DNA of 11,751 nt from NCBI GenBank assembly GCA_044869275.1, contig JBIOXB010000031.1:1-11751 (forward strand), given 5' to 3'. Below the pieces are notes generated by a model that was not told the DNA's origin, searched no databases, and worked only from the letters and a program-made list of their open reading frames with translations. Each line of letters starts with the position of its first letter. Position 1 is the stretch's first letter. Of this stretch, positions 1 to 6,792 are shown piece after piece. The stretch is from a bacterium. GTDB taxonomy: Bacteria > Zhuqueibacterota > Zhuqueibacteria > Zhuqueibacterales > Zhuqueibacteraceae. The translations under genes were made by a program, and so were the position numbers.

Positions 1-1724
1 AGCACACGCGCGGCGGCTTCGTTGATGATGACGGCGGAAGTGTCCGTACCCATCGCCTCGGAAAGGTTGCGGCCCGCCGCCTGGTTGATTTCAAAAGTAT
101 TCAGAAATTCCTGATCGATGCACATGAAAAACATCGTATGCGCTTCCGAAGCAGCCGCAACCTCGCCCGTTACCAAAATCTGATCGAGATTTTTCCACTC
201 GCCCGGCACGCGCGAGGAGACGGAAACGCGTTTCACTGCCGGAATCCTGGCCATCTCATTTTTGATGGCTTGGAAATTCCGGCGGGTATTGCCGCTGTTG
301 ATGTCGACGACGACCAACTGCTCTTGGTTGAAGCCGAGATCCTTTTCTCGAATGAAATTGATTTGCCGGTAGGCCGCAGTCGTGGCGACGATCATCGCAA
401 TGGAAAGCGCAAATTGCGTCACCACCAAGCCCTGGCGCAAACGCGCCGCGCTTGCGCCGGTGTGCAGGTCGTTTTTCAAAACAACAGCCGGCCGCATTTT
501 AGCCAGATAAAAGGCGGGGTAACTGCCGGAGAAGACGCCGACGAGAAGGGTGAGCAACAAGAGACCGCCGATGAGCCAGCCATTTGCGGTGAAATCAACC
601 GCGAGTTGTTTATCCGCCAGCGCATTGAACGAGGGCAATACCATTTCAACCATCACCAAAGCGAAGAACAGAGCGAGCACCGTGAAGAGAATGGCTTCGC
701 TCAAAAACTGGCCAACAAGCTGGCCTTGTTGCGCGCCCACGACTTTGCGCAAGCCGACTTCTTTGGCGCGCTTCATGGCGCGGGCAGTCGCCAGGTTCAT
801 ATAGTTGATGGAAGCCACCAGCAAAATGAACACTGCAATGAGCGAGAACACATAAACATACATGATCTCGCCTTTGCGCCGGTTCAAATCGGATTCCAAA
901 TGTGCCGAGGAGAAATGAATATCCTTGAGCGGCTGTAAAGCGAGCTGCCGCGGATTCTCCGGGTTCGTGCCACGATATTTTTGAATGAAAGCTGGAAGCT
1001 GTCCGTGGATACGCTCGAGAGCGAGCGGCCGGCTGGTGAGTACATAGGTGATGAAGCTATCCGAGTCCCATGACTCAATGAATCTTTTCCACCCGGGGTC
1101 AGCTTCCAGCGTTGCAAATGAAAACAACATGCTAAAATCGAGATGCGAGTTGTGCGGCGGATTTTGAGCAATGCCGGTGACCTTGAAATCCCCAAAACTT
1201 CCCACCTTGAGCTCTTGTCCCATCGCGTTTTCGCCGCCGAAATATTTTTGCGCTGCTGCTGCGGTGAGCACGACGGAACGCGGCTCATGGAGCGCGGTGG
1301 CGGCATTGCCTTGCAGCAATTTGAAATCGAAAACCTCAAAAAAGCTCGGCTCGGTGAAAAGGTGATCGCCTTCATAAAAACGGTTCTCGCCGTGCTGCAC
1401 AGTGAAGCGGCCCGTGCCGGCGCGGCTGCGCATGCGCACGGACTTGATCACTTCAGGAAAATCGGCAACCAATGCCGGTCCGGTAGGTCCCATCGTAAAG
1501 GGGAAATGCCGCTCGCCGTGATCCGGCGACGGCCGCGTTTCCGTGACCCTATAAATGCGATCGGCCTTGGCATGAAAACAATCGAACAGCAATTCCTCTT
1601 GCACATAGAGCAGAATTAAAATGCTGCACGCCATGCCCAGGGCCAGGCCGGCGATGTTGATGAAGGAATAGGCAGGGTTCTTACGCAGATTGCGCAGGGT
1701 GATTTTGAGGTAGTTTTTGAACAT
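1..1724 (-). CDS. ABC transporter permease, MacB/FtsX family, paralog 4; 3' part lies beyond the left edge (574 codons visible)
   Basis: Not in the ORF track because there is no stop codon in the window. Translated by hand from ATG 1724 (SD AGGAG 1731-1735): MFKNYLKITLRNLRKNPAYSFINIAGLALGMAC...LQPLKDIHF...INYMNLATARAMKRAKEVGLRKVVGA...SGSYPAFYL...LRQGLVVTQFALS...KDLGFNQEQ...AVIINEAAARV. The frame is open to base 1. Confidence 0.93.
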   Translation of the reverse strand, partial: MFKNYLKITLRNLRKNPAYSFINIAGLALGMACSILILLYVQEELLFDCFHAKADRIYRVTETRPSPDHGERHFPFTMGPTGPALVADFPEVIKSVRMRSRAGTGRFTVQHGENRFYEGDHLFTEPSFFEVFDFKLLQGNAATALHEPRSVVLTAAAAQKYFGGENAMGQELKVGSFGDFKVTGIAQNPPHNSHLDFSMLFSFATLEADPGWKRFIESWDSDSFITYVLTSRPLALERIHGQLPAFIQKYRGTNPENPRQLALQPLKDIHFSSAHLESDLNRRKGEIMYVYVFSLIAVFILLVASINYMNLATARAMKRAKEVGLRKVVGAQQGQLVGQFLSEAILFTVLALFFALVMVEMVLPSFNALADKQLAVDFTANGWLIGGLLLLTLLVGVFSGSYPAFYLAKMRPAVVLKNDLHTGASAARLRQGLVVTQFALSIAMIVATTAAYRQINFIREKDLGFNQEQLVVVDINSGNTRRNFQAIKNEMARIPAVKRVSVSSRVPGEWKNLDQILVTGEVAAASEAHTMFFMCIDQEFLNTFEINQAAGRNLSEAMGTDTSAVIINEAAARV

Positions 1725-1736
1725 GACTTTCTCCTT

Positions 1737-1810
1737 GGCAAAGCGCATAGAGCATGGCGCATAGCTTGCAAAAGACAAAGTGCCATGCGCTATGCACCAT
1801 GCGCCATGCT
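1737..1810. repeat. Palindromic degenerate heptamer array, junction of paralogs 3 and 4
   Basis: On + strand: GGCAAAG CGCATAG AGCATGG CGCATAG [18-nt spacer 1765-1782] CCATGCG CTATGCA CCATGCG CCATGCT. Confidence 0.92.
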
Positions 1811-4235
1811 ACTCATATCGCAACGCTTCCACCGGATTTGCCAACGCCGCTTTGATCGCTTGCACGCTCACCGTGAGCAAGGCAAGCAACAAGGTGATGC
1901 CGCCGGCGACCGCAAACACCCACCAACCGAGATTGATACGATACGCAAAATCCTGCAGCCATTGGTTCATGGCGAAATAGGCCATCGGCCAGGCGGCCAA
2001 GCTCGCAGCGAGCACCAGTTTGGCAAAATCCTGCGAAAGCAAGCACACGACTCCTGCCACAGAGGCGCCAAGCACTTTGCGAATGCCAATTTCTTTGTTG
2101 CGCCGCGCCACCGTGAGCGTGGCCAAGCCAAACAATCCCAGGCAGGCGATGAAATTGGCGAGCACGGAGGTGCAACCCACGATTTTTCCCCAGCGCTGTT
2201 CGGCGCGATATTGGTTGTTTACGTCTTCATTTAGAAAATAAAACTCAAAAGGGGCGTTGGGTGAAACGCGCCGCCAGGCATCGCGCAGTAAAGTGAGAGT
2301 TTGAGGAATGTTGCGATTGGCAATTTTGACCAAAAAATAGCGAATCGGCCAGCTGGGATTGACATGCAAAATAACCGGTGCGATTTTTTGATGCAGCGAA
2401 AGAAAATGAAAATCTTTGACTACGCCGATGACCGTGGGAGGCGTGAGGCCTTTCACATTGTTGAAGCCAATGATCTGCCGGCCGACGGGATTGTCCCAGC
2501 CAAAATCTCTGGCCAATGCTTCATTGATAATCACGGCGTTGGACGAATCCGAGGGAAACTCCTTGGAGAAATTCCTGCCGGCCACCAGTTCCATCCCGAG
2601 AGTCGCCAAATAATTTTCCTCGACGCGATAAACATACGCCGAACGACTGACGCCCTCCGATTCAAAACCCTCCTGGCTCCAGCCGCGCGTAAAGGAAAAC
2701 ACCGTGCCGGAAACATTCTTGATCTCCGCACGCCCGGCCAGCGCCTGGCGAAAAACCTCCAACTGCCGTGCGCCCTCGGCATTCCAACCGGTAAAGGTTC
2801 GCAGCACGAGCACATGTTCCTGGTCGTACCCCAGCTTTTTTGATTTGAGATAATCCGTTTGCCTCGCCATGGTCAGCGTGCTGGCGAGGAGAAAGATCGA
2901 AAGGGCATACTGCATCACCACAAGTACGCGCGTCAGGCGTTTTCCACCTCCCAGAGTGATTTGATCTTTGAGCACGGCCAGAGGTCGAAAGCGTGAAAGA
3001 AAGAGCGCCGGATAGCTGCCCGCGCACAAACCCGTGAGCAAGACCAATACCGACAGGGAGAGCAAGAGCACCGGATTGTAGCGGAGAGAAATTGCCAGCT
3101 CTTGCCCGGCCAGGTGCGAGAATGTGGGCAACAGCAGCTCGGCCAATCCCAGGCCGAGCAAAAGCGCGAGCAGGCTCAAGCAAATCGCTTCGCCGAGAAA
3201 TTGCCACGCGATTTGCCTGCGCAACGCGCCGGCAACCTTGCGCATGCCGACTTCTTTTGCGCGGCTCGTCGATCTGCCGACCGCGAGGATCATAAAATTG
3301 CAGCACGCAATCAACAACACCAAAATCGCCATGCCCGCCAGAATGTAAGCATAACGGGGGTCACTGGCCGGCTCCATGCTGCTGCGCAAATCGGCACTGA
3401 GATGAATGTCGCGCAAAGGCTGCAGGCGCAGTTGCAAAGCGTCGGCGTCGGTGCTGAGCTCGCCGTCGTTTCGCGCGCCTCGAATGATTTCGCCAAAGTA
3501 TTTATCGACCAAAACCGGAAATTGCTTTTCCAGCGCGGCTGCCTCATGCCTCGCGGCAAGCTCGACAAAAATGGAGGTGCGATTGCTGTTCCAGCGTTTG
3601 AGTGCAGCGGTGTATGAGGGATATTTGACATACGGCAAAACCAGATCGAAGGAAATACTGGAGTTGCCCGGCGTGCTTCGTGCGACGCCGGTCACGATGA
3701 AGTCTTCGAAGCCATAACCAAGATCCACCGCGAGGCGCTCACCGAGAGGCTCCTCCGCGCCAAAGTATTTTGTCGCCAGCTTCTCGGTCAACACCAGCCC
3801 ATTCGGAGGCTGCAGCGCGGTCACGGGATCGCCCCGCAAAAGCGGAAAGGTAAACATTTCAAACATGGGCGGATCGGCAAACAAGACATTTTCACTGAAG
3901 GATCCGGCTGGGGCTTTGACCACCACATTGCTGGAGGGTATGAACCGCACCGCGTGGCGGATGGCCGGAAATTCCTGCTGCAGCGCCGGCGCGAGTGGCA
4001 ACGGCAGCAACCCGGAGAGTGTGCGCTCGCCCGCAGCGTTTTTTTCCGCCTGGATCACACGAAAGATCGTGTTCGCCTTCTGATGAAATGCCTCATAACT
4101 CCATTCATGCTGCACGAAGAGGAAGATCAAGATGCAGCAGGCAATGCCCACGGCGAGACCGGTGACATTGATCGCGCTGTAAAGCTTGTGCCGCGCCAGA
4201 ACACGCCATGTGATTTTAATATAGTTTTTGAACAT
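1809..4235 (-). CDS. ABC transporter permease, MacB/FtsX family, duplicated type, paralog 3, 808 aa
   Basis: Start ATG 4235 (MFKNYIKITWR) with SD AGGAG at 4241-4245. Contains RAKEVGMRKVAGA and RNKEIGIRKVLGA motifs and ends ANPVEALRYE. Confidence 0.94.
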   Translation of the reverse strand: MFKNYIKITWRVLARHKLYSAINVTGLAVGIACCILIFLFVQHEWSYEAFHQKANTIFRVIQAEKNAAGERTLSGLLPLPLAPALQQEFPAIRHAVRFIPSSNVVVKAPAGSFSENVLFADPPMFEMFTFPLLRGDPVTALQPPNGLVLTEKLATKYFGAEEPLGERLAVDLGYGFEDFIVTGVARSTPGNSSISFDLVLPYVKYPSYTAALKRWNSNRTSIFVELAARHEAAALEKQFPVLVDKYFGEIIRGARNDGELSTDADALQLRLQPLRDIHLSADLRSSMEPASDPRYAYILAGMAILVLLIACCNFMILAVGRSTSRAKEVGMRKVAGALRRQIAWQFLGEAICLSLLALLLGLGLAELLLPTFSHLAGQELAISLRYNPVLLLSLSVLVLLTGLCAGSYPALFLSRFRPLAVLKDQITLGGGKRLTRVLVVMQYALSIFLLASTLTMARQTDYLKSKKLGYDQEHVLVLRTFTGWNAEGARQLEVFRQALAGRAEIKNVSGTVFSFTRGWSQEGFESEGVSRSAYVYRVEENYLATLGMELVAGRNFSKEFPSDSSNAVIINEALARDFGWDNPVGRQIIGFNNVKGLTPPTVIGVVKDFHFLSLHQKIAPVILHVNPSWPIRYFLVKIANRNIPQTLTLLRDAWRRVSPNAPFEFYFLNEDVNNQYRAEQRWGKIVGCTSVLANFIACLGLFGLATLTVARRNKEIGIRKVLGASVAGVVCLLSQDFAKLVLAASLAAWPMAYFAMNQWLQDFAYRINLGWWVFAVAGGITLLLALLTVSVQAIKAALANPVEALRYE

Positions 4236-4245
4236 GGTTTCTCCT

Positions 4246-4333
4246 CGCCGAAAGCTTGGGGCTCGGGGCAGAGGGCATGGAGCCAAGAGCATGGCGAGTC
4301 TTGCCCTCTGCTCTAAGCGCTATGCCCTCCGCT
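4246..4333. repeat. Palindromic degenerate heptamer array, junction of paralogs 2 and 3
   Basis: On + strand: CGCCGAA AGCTTGG GGCTCGG GGCAGAG GGCATGG AGCCAAG AGCATGG [CGAG] TCTTGCC CTCTGCT CTAAGCG CTATGCC CTCCGCT. Confidence 0.88.
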
Positions 4334-6702
4334 CATTCGCTGTTTTTCAACACCTCCGCCAGGCTCACCTTGGCGACATTCCACGATTGCCGCCCGACCG
4401 CAACGGCGGCCGTGAGCAAGACCAGCAGATTTGCCAGGAAAAACGGCGAAACGCCCGGACGGAAGCTCCCGGTAAATCGTTCGACATTTTGGAGTAAAGC
4501 CTGAATGCCGAACACGCTCAACGCCGTCGCCAATGCACCGGCGGCGAGCAGCAAAATCATGAATTCACGGTTGACCAGCAGGAGAATTTGCGCGATCGAG
4601 GCGCCGAGCATTTTACGCATGCCCACTTCTTTCAAGCGGCGGGAAAAATGCTGCGTGGCCAAACCATACAATCCCATGCAGGCAATGATCAGCGCCAGCC
4701 CGGCGATGTAGCCGAAACTTTGCGAGACATTGCGGAAGGTGCGATAGAAGCCGTCAAAAACCTCGCTCTGAAAAAATTGATGGCACGGTATGCCGGTAAA
4801 AAGCCGCTGCCAATCCTGTTCGATTTGCGCGGCGACCTGTTTCCCGCTCCCCGGGGCGAACCGCACCACGAGGTTGCTGAAGTCGTTTTCTTCGGCGCGA
4901 AAGAACAGAGCCGGATGCGTTGCGCCGGTGGCGAAAAGCTTGAAATCGCCGGCCACGCCCACGATCGTGTAATCTTTCGTCTCGATCTGCAACCTCTTGC
5001 CGAGGGCCTCGTTCCAGCCTTGGTTTCTTAAAAAAGTCTCGTTGACCACCACCGCGCTTTCATCCTCGACGCGGCGATGCGGCTCAAAAAAACGCCCGGC
5101 AACTAAATCCAGGCCAAGGGCCTCCGGATAATCGGCGCCGATATCGAAGCGAGCCACCTTCTGTTTCACCTCGCCGATTTGAACGGTTTCCCGGCGCCAG
5201 GATTGTCCAACATGATTCGTGGTGCCGGCAACGCGCAGCACGTTGGGGTTTTTCAATATTTCATTTCGCAACAAATTGAATTGCTGGCTGTCGGTGAGTT
5301 GCACGGCCAATGTTTGGCTGGGATTGTAGCCCCAAGCCAGTTTTTCCCAATGCCGAGCCGCCGTCAAGAGCACAACCGTGACGATGACCGCGAGGAATGC
5401 CAGTACAAACTGTGCGGTTAACAGACTTCGCCGCAAAACGTTTTTGCCGGAAAATTTTTGCCTGCCGGTGAAAATGGTCACGGGCTTGAAAGATGAAACA
5501 TATAACGAGGGATACGCACCCGAAGCGAGCGCCGTGAGCGCCAGCAACCCCGCCAGCATCAGCCACAGGCTCACATTATCCGCAAACGAAAACTTGGTTT
5601 TCAACACCATGCTCGCGTTTAAAAGCGGAATAAGGAACGCCTCCGTGAGCATCAGTCCAAACAACAACGCGATGAAACAGAGCAACAGGTTTTCCGCCAT
5701 GAATTGTGCGATGAGCTGCTCGCGCTGGCCGCCCATGACTTTGCGAATGCCGATTTCTTTCAAGCGCCGCGACACGCCGCCGAGCGAAATGTTCACGTAA
5801 TTGAAGCAGGACAACGCCATCATGGTCAGCGCGATGAGCGAAAACATCATCGTCAGCGCGGGATGAGGCGCCTCGGCCGGTCGTCGCATGACGTGATACG
5901 CTTCGGGAGCGGGATGACGAAGATTATCAAGTGCAAAAGATTTGACCTCGGCTTCCGGATTGCCGGCATTGAACGGTGCAAGGTAACGCGCCATTAGCGG
6001 CGCGAGCCGGGCGGCGTCTTCAGATTGCCGCAGTTGCACAAAAACACAATTGTTCGTGCCGGTTTTCCAATCCCGCGCCTGCAGCGTCTTGTGGACGGGG
6101 TGGTAGCCGGTAAGAAGGTTGAAAGCAAAGCCGAGGTTATTCGGAAAAGGTTTGGCAACGCCCTGTACGATAAATTGTTTGCGTTCCTGCTCATCGGTTA
6201 CCAACATGAGCGTGCGACCGACGGGCATCTCCTCGCCAAAATATTTTTCCGCCATGGCCGCGCTCAGGATGATGGCATTCGGATCGGACAGCGCAGCGGG
6301 ATTGCCGTATCGCAGCGGGAAAGTGAACATCGCGAAAAAACCCGTGTCCGCATAGACGAGCACTTCTTCGAAGACGTTTTCTTGATTGAAGAGTTTCACG
6401 CCTTCGCGCTTCATTCGCACCACGCGTTCGACTTGCGGGAAATCCGCGGCCAGTGCCGAGGCCATGGCCGCCGGCGCATCGCCCCAAGTTTGCGTCTCAC
6501 CGTTGTCTTCAGTCAGGTATTCAACTATAAAAATGCGCTCGCCATGCGCATGAAAATTGTCCAGCGACCAATAGTTCTGGAGAAAAAGGTACACCGAGAT
6601 GCAGCACGCCACCGCAATGGATAGGCCGAATATATTGATGAGCGATACGGCCTTGTTCGCGAGGAGATGTCGCCATGCCAGGCGAAAATAAGTGGAGATC
6701 AT
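4333..6702 (-). CDS. ABC transporter permease, MacB/FtsX family, duplicated type, paralog 2 (divergent), 789 aa
   Basis: Start most likely ATG 6702 (MISTYFRLAWRHL). Contains LSCFNYVN..RLKEIGIRKVMGG and RLKEVGMRKMLGA motifs with the same two-half layout. The C-terminus is atypical (KVSLAEVLKNSE). Confidence 0.92.
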   Translation of the reverse strand: MISTYFRLAWRHLLANKAVSLINIFGLSIAVACCISVYLFLQNYWSLDNFHAHGERIFIVEYLTEDNGETQTWGDAPAAMASALAADFPQVERVVRMKREGVKLFNQENVFEEVLVYADTGFFAMFTFPLRYGNPAALSDPNAIILSAAMAEKYFGEEMPVGRTLMLVTDEQERKQFIVQGVAKPFPNNLGFAFNLLTGYHPVHKTLQARDWKTGTNNCVFVQLRQSEDAARLAPLMARYLAPFNAGNPEAEVKSFALDNLRHPAPEAYHVMRRPAEAPHPALTMMFSLIALTMMALSCFNYVNISLGGVSRRLKEIGIRKVMGGQREQLIAQFMAENLLLCFIALLFGLMLTEAFLIPLLNASMVLKTKFSFADNVSLWLMLAGLLALTALASGAYPSLYVSSFKPVTIFTGRQKFSGKNVLRRSLLTAQFVLAFLAVIVTVVLLTAARHWEKLAWGYNPSQTLAVQLTDSQQFNLLRNEILKNPNVLRVAGTTNHVGQSWRRETVQIGEVKQKVARFDIGADYPEALGLDLVAGRFFEPHRRVEDESAVVVNETFLRNQGWNEALGKRLQIETKDYTIVGVAGDFKLFATGATHPALFFRAEENDFSNLVVRFAPGSGKQVAAQIEQDWQRLFTGIPCHQFFQSEVFDGFYRTFRNVSQSFGYIAGLALIIACMGLYGLATQHFSRRLKEVGMRKMLGASIAQILLLVNREFMILLLAAGALATALSVFGIQALLQNVERFTGSFRPGVSPFFLANLLVLLTAAVAVGRQSWNVAKVSLAEVLKNSE

Positions 6703-6729
6703 GTGGTTAGCCTGCAATCCTGGTTAAAA

Positions 6730-6792
6730 CACAAAGCGCATGGCGCATAGCGTGTCGCTCTGCGCCATGCCCTCTGCACTATGCGCTTTGCT
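6730..6792. repeat. Palindromic degenerate heptamer array, junction of paralogs 1 and 2
   Basis: On + strand: CACAAAG CGCATGG CGCATAG [CGTGTCG] CTCTGCG CCATGCC CTCTGCA CTATGCG CTTTGCT. Confidence 0.92.

Noticed and set aside
138..938. 266-aa plus-strand ORF (and 884..1375 minus, 1143..1619 plus)
   Set aside because: These are antisense or off-frame shadows of the permease at 1..1724, which has clear family motifs and an SD; they show no recognisable domain.
1..1724. Possible pseudogene, since no long minus-strand ORF is listed here
   Set aside because: Manual translation shows an uninterrupted frame from ATG 1724 to the window edge; it is omitted only because its stop lies outside the window.
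4236..4292. N-terminal extension MLLAPCPLPRAPSFRRGET of paralog 3 in the ORF track
   Set aside because: It is a translation of the heptamer array. ATG 4235 has an AGGAG SD and matches the MFKNY start of paralog 4.
1737..6792. Junction repeats as CRISPR array, integron attC sites or classical REP elements
   Set aside because: There are no identical 23-47 nt repeats with unique spacers, no RYYYAAC/GTTRRRY boxes bounding the stems, and no conserved GTAG-footed short palindrome. No cas, integrase or RAYT gene is in the window.
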